From NCBI GenBank assembly GCA_003167015.1, contig PMUF01000054.1, positions 1 through 62,597 on the forward strand: a stretch of DNA of 62,597 nt, written 5' to 3'. Numbering within the stretch: the first letter of the stretch is position 1; every line of letters begins with the position of its first letter. The stretch comes from Chitinophagaceae bacterium (lineage in GTDB: Bacteria; Bacteroidota; Bacteroidia; Chitinophagales; Chitinophagaceae). A model generated the notes under the pieces. The model did not search any database. It saw only the letters and a program-made list of their open reading frames with translations, and was not told the DNA's origin. This document shows, one piece after another, positions 31,854-38,895 of this stretch. A program made the position numbers and the translations under genes.

Positions 31854-32386
31854 GTCTTCCCCCTTCATACAACCTGCTGGCCAAATACCCTAACAAATGG
31901 TTCATAGAATCGGGTACGTTCAGAAGCGATGCAATTGCTCTGGCCCTCGACGCTGGATTCGAGCACATCCGCACCATCGACATAGACCCGGATGCGGCCG
32001 ACTTCTGCTCGAATCGGTTCTGGCTGACCAAAAATACGCACCTGGACATCAAATGCTATACCGGGGACAGCGCGGTGATGCTGTGGGAGATGATCCGGGA
32101 TATCGAGGAGCCGATGACGCTGTTTTTAGACGCCCATTTTCAAATGTTCGAAGGCGAAGACCCTGGCGCCAATCCGTTCCCGTTGTTGAAGGAGCTGGAG
32201 CAGATCGGCAGGCACCCAATAAAGTCTAACGTGATCATTGTGGATGATTGGCATATCTTTTACAGGGACCGCGTCGGCTATTCGAAGAACGATGTGAAGA
32301 ACGCTATTTTGCAGATCAACCCGGCGTACAAGTTTACGATGGCGGCAAACCCGGTCATTGATGGAATATTAATTGCGCATCTATGA
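31850..32386 (+). CDS. Class I SAM-dependent methyltransferase-like protein
   Basis: FIESGT..TIDID..GDS..LFLDAH..IIVDD. Confidence 0.75.
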   Translation: MSLPPSYNLLAKYPNKWFIESGTFRSDAIALALDAGFEHIRTIDIDPDAADFCSNRFWLTKNTHLDIKCYTGDSAVMLWEMIRDIEEPMTLFLDAHFQMFEGEDPGANPFPLLKELEQIGRHPIKSNVIIVDDWHIFYRDRVGYSKNDVKNAILQINPAYKFTMAANPVIDGILIAHL

Positions 32387-33114
32387 CAGGTAAAACAGGC
32401 GCAACGACGGGCGGAATCGGGGATATCTGTTATTCCATTCAGATCATGCGCGCGCTCGGCATTACCAGGCTTTTCGTGAAGGAAAACTTCTATCATCCGC
32501 CGTTCGGGTCCATGCTGACCGCTGTAAAGCCTCTCTTGGCCACCCAGGGGATTGAATGCCTGCCAACCAAGGGCGGACTACCATTTTCAGAATATGAGCC
32601 CGGCATTCGCTTTGATTACGACCTCGATGCCTGGCGCGTGGAACGGAACCGCGGACGGGATCACATCATCTTTTCGATGCTCCACCATTGGCGGAAGTAT
32701 CACCACGGCTGGAAACGTCCCTGGATAACGAATATCCCCATTACGCGCGGCAATTACAGTCTGGTCTTCCTCACCTGCCGCTGGCGGGAACGGGAGACGG
32801 TGGACTGGAAAAAGGTCTATGCGGCCATCCCGCGTCCGGTTTACTTCATCGGGCTGCCGGAAGATCATCGACTTTGGGAATCGGAGGTCGGGCCCATTGA
32901 ATGGTGGCCGACACATGACCTTTTGGAAATGGCCACATTGATTGCTGGCTGCCGGGGCTTGTGGTGCCATCAGGGCGTTGCGCTCGTTCTGGCCCAAGCA
33001 CTGGGCAAAGACTATTTTTGCGCTTTTAAAAACGGAAAGACCAATTGCATCATGCAAACAGCGAATGAGTTTAACCTCAATAATTTCAAGCAATATGAGA
33101 AAGTTCAAGATTGA
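32383..33114 (+). CDS. Second GT9-like glycosyltransferase
   Basis: GGIGDICYS; FDYDLD.WR; VYFIGLPED; LLEMATLIAGC..Q....LAQALGK. Confidence 0.65.
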   Translation: MTGKTGATTGGIGDICYSIQIMRALGITRLFVKENFYHPPFGSMLTAVKPLLATQGIECLPTKGGLPFSEYEPGIRFDYDLDAWRVERNRGRDHIIFSMLHHWRKYHHGWKRPWITNIPITRGNYSLVFLTCRWRERETVDWKKVYAAIPRPVYFIGLPEDHRLWESEVGPIEWWPTHDLLEMATLIAGCRGLWCHQGVALVLAQALGKDYFCAFKNGKTNCIMQTANEFNLNNFKQYEKVQD

Positions 33115-33727
33115 CGGAGCCGAATATAAGACAGACCGGTATGGTGTCGTCCACCAGGTTGACCCGCAGCCATTTTTATACGACGGGAATTATGTTCAAA
33201 CATATGACACGCCCGAGTATGTGAGGCAGAACGAACTTCTGCAGGGGATGCGCCTGGCATTTGCCACCGGGGTCCATGGCCGGCCGATTCAGTCCATCCT
33301 GGATATAGGCTTTGGCAATGGGGCCTTTATGAAGTTCGCTAAAAAGCAAATCCCGGTCGTATATGGGCATGACATATCGGGGGTACCGGTCCCGGCGGGG
33401 TGTGACTTTACCCAGGATATCAACCTTGTCGTTGATTGTTGCTGTTTCTGGGATTCGCTGGAACATTACCCCAATATTCAATTCGTTAAGGCCATGCGGT
33501 GCGAAACCATCGTGATCAGCTTGCCTTTCTTTCCAGGGACCGAAAAGTTCTCAACCTGGCCACATTTGAAAAAAAATGAGCACCTGCACTATTTTGATCT
33601 CGAATCGATGCGGCGCTGGATGTGGAAAATGAACTGGCGGATGGTCGCCTATTCCAAACATGAGGATATAGTGAGGAGAAGGGATACTGATTGGAATATA
33701 CTTTCCGCGGGATTTCGCAGAAAGTGA
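33095..33727 (+). CDS. Class I SAM-dependent methyltransferase
   Basis: ILDIGFGNGAF..G.DI..FWDSLEH..EHLHYF. Confidence 0.8.
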   Translation: MRKFKIDGAEYKTDRYGVVHQVDPQPFLYDGNYVQTYDTPEYVRQNELLQGMRLAFATGVHGRPIQSILDIGFGNGAFMKFAKKQIPVVYGHDISGVPVPAGCDFTQDINLVVDCCCFWDSLEHYPNIQFVKAMRCETIVISLPFFPGTEKFSTWPHLKKNEHLHYFDLESMRRWMWKMNWRMVAYSKHEDIVRRRDTDWNILSAGFRRK

Positions 33728-33746
33728 CCTATCCCTGAGTTAAGAA

Positions 33747-34529
33747 TTATAGATTGTCTGGTATAAGGTTGCTGATAAATTCCCGCTCCTGCGTGAATAT
33801 GGGGACTTCCTTCATTACCCAGCGGGTCCGAAGTGTAGGGGGCGCCAACTGTATAATGGCCTCCGGAATTGAGGGATTGGGCTCAATTTCGTATTCTTCT
33901 TTCATGATCATGCGCCCGCGTTTATAGTAAGGTTTGTAATCATTCCAGTTGATGCCCTTTTGAAAGATCATCTCCTGTAATTCGCTGGTGTTTTTGCCCT
34001 CCAATTGCTTGTGGCTGTATAGGCTTTGCGCAACGGATAGGATGCTGTTTCGGGTCGTGTCCTGCTGGCGCCAGATGAAATAGTTCTCCACTTCGCTTTT
34101 GTTCGGGAGTTGGAAGACCCTGGAATCGAAATGCGCCAGTTTCATTCCCCACACATCATTGGTCTCCCGGCGCTGTCTGAATTGATTGAAGGCGGCGGTT
34201 GCAACGCTGGCGCTCACACTGACCATTTTTTGCACGTTGTAGTCGAACCAGGCCTGGGTTTGAAGGTCGTCAAAGTCGGTGATGAGCAGTGAAATCTCAT
34301 CGCTTTGGACGAATGCGAACTTTGCCCCGCCAATCTCTTTACAGAGGATGGCAGCCGTTGAATCCATGTCATGCATGAGATTGTCATCAAAAGGGCTTTG
34401 CAAATGCTTTGTATAAGTATGAAAAGCCTTTCCGTCAATCCTGATCACGGTGTAATTGCGCCGCATCAAAAACTGGCGTGTCCTGCTTTCGTAGTTCGCC
34501 TTCATGCGATCGCCGAGTGCATCTTTCAT
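33747..34529 (-). CDS. thg1: tRNA(His) guanylyltransferase Thg1-like protein (3'-5' RNA polymerase)
   Basis: RMK.YE, IRIDGKAFHTYT..PFD, QSDEISL, WF...QK..S..AS, FDSRVF, YFIWRQQD..RNS, GINWN..KRG; start MKDALG. Confidence 0.93.
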   Translation of the reverse strand: MKDALGDRMKANYESRTRQFLMRRNYTVIRIDGKAFHTYTKHLQSPFDDNLMHDMDSTAAILCKEIGGAKFAFVQSDEISLLITDFDDLQTQAWFDYNVQKMVSVSASVATAAFNQFRQRRETNDVWGMKLAHFDSRVFQLPNKSEVENYFIWRQQDTTRNSILSVAQSLYSHKQLEGKNTSELQEMIFQKGINWNDYKPYYKRGRMIMKEEYEIEPNPSIPEAIIQLAPPTLRTRWVMKEVPIFTQEREFISNLIPDNL

Positions 34530-34626
34530 ATTTTTCAGTTTTGAGTTAAGATATAAAGCGCATAAGCCAACGCCGCCCCGATCACCAGGGAGCGGACGAT
34601 CACGATGATGAGATGCTGGTAATTTT

Positions 34627-34827
34627 TCACGGTTTGTTGATTTTTGGTTCGTCTCGGGTAAGATAATAAGATGCCGAATCGGCGGAAATTTCCCGTAGCC
34701 TGACCTCCAAAAAACGTCCGTGATCGTCTTCGGATATTTTCTGGATATACCATTTGCCGCCTTCTGTCTCATAGAGAAGCGTTTTGCCTTCCCAGGTTTC
34801 TACGATGTAGGTGGCGATGACTTTCAT
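34627..34827 (-). CDS. Hypothetical protein
   Basis: Likely start MKVIATY, ATGA-coupled. Confidence 0.45.
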   Translation of the reverse strand: MKVIATYIVETWEGKTLLYETEGGKWYIQKISEDDHGRFLEVRLREISADSASYYLTRDEPKINKP

Positions 34828-35090
34828 GCTCCAGACGGGTATTTTGGTATAGGGGTAGATATTACTTTGTAGATTTCCGCGGCACCCATAACGGCGATCA
34901 TGGCATTCACCGCTGAATTTACCGCTATTTGCTTTTTCAGCCTCCTGCGCTTGGCCAATCTCCACCAGGGCGTTGCCTTGCGCAATTCGACAAGTCCGGA
35001 GAGGTCTTCGGAACTTGCCACTACCTGTAATGCGGTGGTAAGGGTGATCTCGGCTATCTGCTTGTCTCTTTCTGCGCGTAAATCATTCAT
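34824..35090 (-). CDS. Hypothetical protein
   Basis: Coupled ORF. Confidence 0.5.
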   Translation of the reverse strand: MNDLRAERDKQIAEITLTTALQVVASSEDLSGLVELRKATPWWRLAKRRRLKKQIAVNSAVNAMIAVMGAAEIYKVISTPIPKYPSGA

Positions 35091-35575
35091 GGCTTTATAG
35101 TTAATTCATGTCCGTTCAGGGCGAAGAAAAGGTTTTGGAGTTGGTGGAGATATGGCAATCTCGTTAACGAAGTGAAGCCAGTAGGCGTCGGACCGACTTC
35201 GGCAACAAGCCACCACAAAGGATCTCTATCATCATAAAATCTACATTGCAGCCTGTTTTGTTTCCAGTCTCCAAAGAAAGGCGATAGATAAAACAAAACT
35301 TCATGCCGTTTTCCATCTTGACTATGAAAAGATTTGTCTTTTACCTCAAACCCGCACTTTTCGAGGATCTCAGGCGTCAGGGGGATAGGGCCCAATCCTT
35401 CAAAAGGATAAAGGCTATAGCCAAAAGGATAATCCGGCGCATACTCCATGTATTTGTCGGTCTCTATGCCGTCGTGGCATATTTCACTAATGGTGACTAT
35501 TCCCGTAGGCGCACTTTCCAATGAAGTGATTGCGTTGATCAGGTTGCCGATTCTTAACTCTTTTGCGTGGATCAT
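35087..35575 (-). CDS. Conserved phage hypothetical protein
   Basis: ELRIGN..PIPLT.EIL.K.GF..YLHQLQNLFFAL.G.EL pattern. Confidence 0.7.
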   Translation of the reverse strand: MIHAKELRIGNLINAITSLESAPTGIVTISEICHDGIETDKYMEYAPDYPFGYSLYPFEGLGPIPLTPEILEKCGFEVKDKSFHSQDGKRHEVLFYLSPFFGDWKQNRLQCRFYDDRDPLWWLVAEVGPTPTGFTSLTRLPYLHQLQNLFFALNGHELTIKP

Positions 35576-35766
35576 GATATTTTTGCTTTTTGTTCGGCTT
35601 TCCAGATCGACAGATCCAGACCCGTCAATCCTGGAGGCGGGTTTTTGGCATAATCCTCCATGAGCCAGTTCAGGACCGCCTGCGGTGTTTTGAGGGCTAA
35701 TTCCGATTTGATCCGTTCGAGAATGTCAATGTCGAATCTTACGCCGATGGGGTTTGTTTTTGCCAT
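35572..35766 (-). CDS. Small ribbon-helix-helix-like DNA-binding protein
   Basis: PIGVRFDIDILERIK strand-helix pattern; TAnnTTTG promoter just upstream. Confidence 0.5.
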   Translation of the reverse strand: MAKTNPIGVRFDIDILERIKSELALKTPQAVLNWLMEDYAKNPPPGLTGLDLSIWKAEQKAKIS

Positions 35767-35773
35767 GTCGCTA

Positions 35774-35781
35774 CAAATGTA
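35774..35781 (-). promoter_or_regulatory. Bacteroidota -7 promoter element
   Basis: TACATTTG on the minus strand, matches TAnnTTTG. Confidence 0.55.
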
Positions 35782-35818
35782 CATGGGGTGTAGCTACTAT
35801 CCAAACTTTGTGCGCTAT

Positions 35819-36148
35819 TTATTTGAATCTCCCCTCCTGTAGCTTCTTCCGCTGTTCCGCTTTCCATGCCTGTTGTTGCGTAGGAGTCAATCCAGGGGGC
35901 ATCACGGGGGGTAATTCCCGCCTGGTTGGTTGCTTTGGTTCCGGCGCTAAAGGGATGAATTCAATAGGCGCGTCGGTCACAATGGCCTTTTTGTGCTGGG
36001 CCAGGGTTTCCTGAAACGGTGCCGCACTCGCGTTCGCCCGCTTTTGTTTCTGCCAGTAACTCGACCGGCAGGAGACATTGCAGAACTGCTTCTCCTTCTT
36101 TCCGGGGGTTTGCTCCAGTGGTTCGTTGCAATTCAGACAGTTACTCAT
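35819..36148 (-). CDS. Zn-finger (CxxC..FCxxxCR) protein
   Basis: CLNC..KQFCNVSCR. Confidence 0.65.
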   Translation of the reverse strand: MSNCLNCNEPLEQTPGKKEKQFCNVSCRSSYWQKQKRANASAAPFQETLAQHKKAIVTDAPIEFIPLAPEPKQPTRRELPPVMPPGLTPTQQQAWKAEQRKKLQEGRFK

Positions 36149-36441
36149 GATGGGTTGTTTTCCGTTATAATATCGACTATTTGAAGGCGTTCAATAGTAA
36201 TTTCAGGTATTCCCGTGGATTCCTGATGCTTATTGAACAAATCGATCACTTCCTGCTTTTCTTGAAAAACGAGCGCGTTAGATTTGAATAAGCTGTAACT
36301 CCTCGATATGAACTTGTAATCGCCTGTACAATAATTGCCTGTAAGCCAAAGTTTAAAAAACAAAAATTTCTTGAACCCGTAATATCTCGAACAACCCGAA
36401 TAAGTTTCGGTATATACGTATGCTTTCAGACAGTTGGACAT
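36145..36441 (-). CDS. Hypothetical protein
   Basis: AT-rich coupled ORF. Confidence 0.5.
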   Translation of the reverse strand: MSNCLKAYVYTETYSGCSRYYGFKKFLFFKLWLTGNYCTGDYKFISRSYSLFKSNALVFQEKQEVIDLFNKHQESTGIPEITIERLQIVDIITENNPS

Positions 36442-36448
36442 GATTTGC

Positions 36449-36835
36449 TTACTTTAGATTGTACTCTTTTGCCCATGATAATAAGCGCGTCAGCTTGTCA
36501 AAAACGTCTACGCTGCATCCCGGGGTGCCGATGTTGGCCCTGTTCATTTCCAAAAATTCGGTTTGATCACGTATATGATCAGCAAGATTCTGTATACAAG
36601 TTTCCGGGATGAGCACCGGAAATTTGCAATTGTCGCACAGGACGCAATACCAATCACATTTACCGTCATTCCTTCCACCTTCTTCATCAGTGGCGAAATG
36701 GTGCTTTTTGCGAACAGGATGCCGCCATAGAATGACTCCGGGTGCAGGCGGTTGAAATACATGGATGCCAGCGATATATACGTTGTGATAGATCACGTAC
36801 ACCTTTTGACTGCTATGAAATTTTTCTCCCCACAT
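36449..36835 (-). CDS. Hypothetical protein (CxxC)
   Basis: Likely start MWGEKF; the longer called start lies inside the ncRNA. Confidence 0.5.
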   Translation of the reverse strand: MWGEKFHSSQKVYVIYHNVYIAGIHVFQPPAPGVILWRHPVRKKHHFATDEEGGRNDGKCDWYCVLCDNCKFPVLIPETCIQNLADHIRDQTEFLEMNRANIGTPGCSVDVFDKLTRLLSWAKEYNLK

Positions 36836-36930
36836 AGTTAATATTTTTAAAAAGTATTGGCCGATCCTACAGCCTGGATCAAACGGCAGGGGTGATCTAT
36901 TAGTCCCCATGAAAATTTATACAGGGTTTG

Positions 36931-37023
36931 AAAGAGCTTTGCGTTTTAAGGTTTCATCTTTGATCGGAAAGAACTTTGAGCGGTGAGGTTTGACCTTTAA
37001 CCTTTGAGCCGTGAGCTTTTAGG
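36931..37023 (-). repeat. Degenerate heptamer array (13 units, consensus about SNTYAAA)
   Basis: CCTAAAA GCTCACG GCTCAAA GGTTAAA GGTCAAA CCTCACC GCTCAAA GTTCTTT cc GATCAAA GATGAAA CCTTAAA ACGCAAA GCTCTTT. Confidence 0.8.
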
Positions 37024-37030
37024 TTGTTTG

Positions 37031-37102
37031 TCTTTTGCGTTTACCGTTCCGCCACGTCGGTTTTTAAGACCGATGCCAGGATTCGAACCTAGAATACAAA
37101 GA
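37031..37102 (-). ncRNA. Circularly permuted tRNA-like domain (YrlA-type order)
   Basis: TCTTT-GTATT-T arm CTAGG TTCGAAT CCTGG-CATCGGT CTTAAAA ACCGACG-TG-D arm GCG GAACGGTAAA CGC-A-AAAGA. Confidence 0.85.
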
Positions 37103-37191
37103 TTGTCCAGTTAACAATTGGATGATCCTTTTTAACCCAGAAGGATCAGCGGGAATAGAATTTACCATTTTCGTAAGACCGGCCAATATTG

Positions 37192-37815
37192 TTAGAATTC
37201 AATGAATGTCACGGCGTTGGACTCGGACAGGACCGCATCGACATCCGCCTCGAAGTCGCCGACCTCTTTTTCCAGGACCTTGATTTTGTCTTCGATCTTC
37301 AGCGGGTCGAACAAGTGGAATTCGTTGTTGTCGATAAAAGGCTTGCGGATTGCCTCGACGTCCTCCTTCGTCACCTTCGTGTTATCCTTCCCCATAGCGG
37401 CTTCCAGAAGTTTTTGGGCATTCTGCATCACTACCGAGTTGTTGGTGTTCAACGCTGCTACCTGGGCACGGTGCCGGTTGGTCAAATTGGCTATGAACGC
37501 CTTTTTGAACTTAATGATCGCTTTGGCGGTAATGGCGTCGGCAACGGTCATTACCTTGTCGCCGATCTTAACGGTCGTTTTCCCATTTGATTGAACGATA
37601 GCCGATTTGATAGCGGTTTTGCGGCCCATCAGCCCGATGCAGGAATCGTAGGTCGATTGCGCCAAGGTCTTGAAATCTTCCTCTGGGATGGAGCCGTTGA
37701 TATGCCGACCCTTCTGATAGATACCGGACGGATTTACCTGGGCAGTTGCCTTTTCGATCTTCGCGTCGATCAGCTTTAACTCGCTGAGTGCGCGGTGAAT
37801 GGTCATTTTGTCCAT
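37192..37815 (-). CDS. Helical coiled-coil protein, tentatively DIP1984/DUF6847-like; ncRNA-linked
   Basis: MTIHRALSELKLIDAKIEK..MTVADAI..VDAVLSESNAVTFI; family recalled from motif resemblance only. Confidence 0.6.
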   Translation of the reverse strand: MDKMTIHRALSELKLIDAKIEKATAQVNPSGIYQKGRHINGSIPEEDFKTLAQSTYDSCIGLMGRKTAIKSAIVQSNGKTTVKIGDKVMTVADAITAKAIIKFKKAFIANLTNRHRAQVAALNTNNSVVMQNAQKLLEAAMGKDNTKVTKEDVEAIRKPFIDNNEFHLFDPLKIEDKIKVLEKEVGDFEADVDAVLSESNAVTFIEF

Positions 37816-37903
37816 TGAGATTTGAGTTTTAATGTAATCGTAAAAGTAAATGGTAAATATTCAATTATCAAATAATTCTTGCGCTTTTCTTTATTTTCGG
37901 GCC

Positions 37904-38212
37904 ATGATCAGCCTCTCCCAGCTCATTCTTTGCGTCAACAATCGGACCCTCAAAACGGACATCCTCCGATGCCCGCTCACCAGGGGGACCGAATACCGCG
38001 TCCAGGGGCTTAAACGCTGCCGCTGCGGGGCGATCTTCGTGGATGTGGGGATAACCCTGGATCGGGTGCGGTTCCAGGTTGTTTGCGGCTGCGGGAGGCT
38101 CTACGATGATGGAACCTGGTGGTTTGATGTGAAGCGCTTCCGGCCGGCGGAAGCGGACATGCTTTTGTGGGAAAAGGAGGAAATCGGGTTTAAGGAGTTG
38201 AGACTGAATTAG
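37904..38212 (+). CDS. Cys-rich (Zn-ribbon-like) hypothetical protein
   Basis: CRCG..CGCG; divergent from 37815. Confidence 0.55.
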   Translation: MISLSQLILCVNNRTLKTDILRCPLTRGTEYRVQGLKRCRCGAIFVDVGITLDRVRFQVVCGCGRLYDDGTWWFDVKRFRPAEADMLLWEKEEIGFKELRLN

Positions 38213-38855
38213 CTTTACGCTGTTTTAATAGTTTCCGGCCGCATGATTTCCCGCAAGTAACTGATTTTGAATATTTGTTTCGCATTTTTTTCTTTCCGCA
38301 TATTGGACAAGTCGTTTCAATATTATCCACTCCGCTTCTGAAACGAGAGGTATTTTTACAATTGTCGGAACAAAATTTGGCATGCCCCTTATCGTTGACG
38401 GCAATAGTCTTAAATGGCTTTCCGCAGTTAGCGCATATTTTATGAACCTCTTTTTTCTTCAAGGAGTTTTTTGCGTGCGCCCGATGCCATGCCAGCCCCT
38501 CTTCAGTTCCATGCCATTTGTCTGCAAAAGTTCTGGCATAGTTCATTGTTTTACGCATTTCTTCCTTATCTCTATCCTTCATGTGATATGCCAGGTGATC
38601 CCTTCCAAGCATCATTTCCAAATTTAGCGGATGATTGTTGAGTGGGTTTTCGTCTTTATGGTGAACATGATATCCTTTCGGGACGGCCCCGTAATAGAAT
38701 TTATATATAGTTACATGAAGCCTTTTTGTGCCCCTGGAATAATATCGTTCGCCAGTGTAAAGATGATATCTTTTGCCATTGAATTCCTGGAAAGGGTATT
38801 CATCTTGGCCATATTTGATAATGCATCCGGCAGGAATTTTTTCATTATTTTTCAT
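38190..38855 (-). CDS. HNH endonuclease with C-terminal Zn fingers
   Basis: RLH..Y..GAVPKGYHVHHKDENPLNN..NL; CxxCGK.F..FCS..C; CPICG..TC..SC. Confidence 0.85.
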   Translation of the reverse strand: MKNNEKIPAGCIIKYGQDEYPFQEFNGKRYHLYTGERYYSRGTKRLHVTIYKFYYGAVPKGYHVHHKDENPLNNHPLNLEMMLGRDHLAYHMKDRDKEEMRKTMNYARTFADKWHGTEEGLAWHRAHAKNSLKKKEVHKICANCGKPFKTIAVNDKGHAKFCSDNCKNTSRFRSGVDNIETTCPICGKKKMRNKYSKSVTCGKSCGRKLLKQRKANSVSTP

Positions 38856-38895
38856 GCTTCAATTTACAAAGTAATTATGTATCTTTGAGCATTAT

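Larger units (their letters stand above)
36855..37188 (-). ncRNA. ~334-nt structured RNA with permuted tRNA-like domain and 7-nt repeat array
   Basis: Closing stem UAUUGGCCGGUCUUAC (37188-37173) / GUAGGAUCGGCCAAUA (36870-36855), 16 bp with 2 GU; internal hairpins 37148-37123 and 37122-37106; U-tract follows. Confidence 0.8.

Noticed and set aside
34530-34772. 81-aa N-terminal extension of Thg1
   Set aside because: Thg1 similarity begins at MKDALG (34529), and the upstream region holds other small ORFs
36836-36910. N-terminal extension of ORF 36449..36910
   Set aside because: It lies in the 3' arm of the structured RNA; the ATG at 36835 has a better A-rich context
36931-37023. CRISPR array or microsatellite
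   Set aside because: Units are 7 nt, degenerate and have no spacers; no cas genes are present
37031-37102. Functional tRNA gene, two-piece tmRNA or attP tRNA fragment
   Set aside because: Arms are permuted with no contiguous anticodon arm and no CCA. A paired D stem and the lack of a tag ORF argue against tmRNA, and there is no integrase to use an attP.
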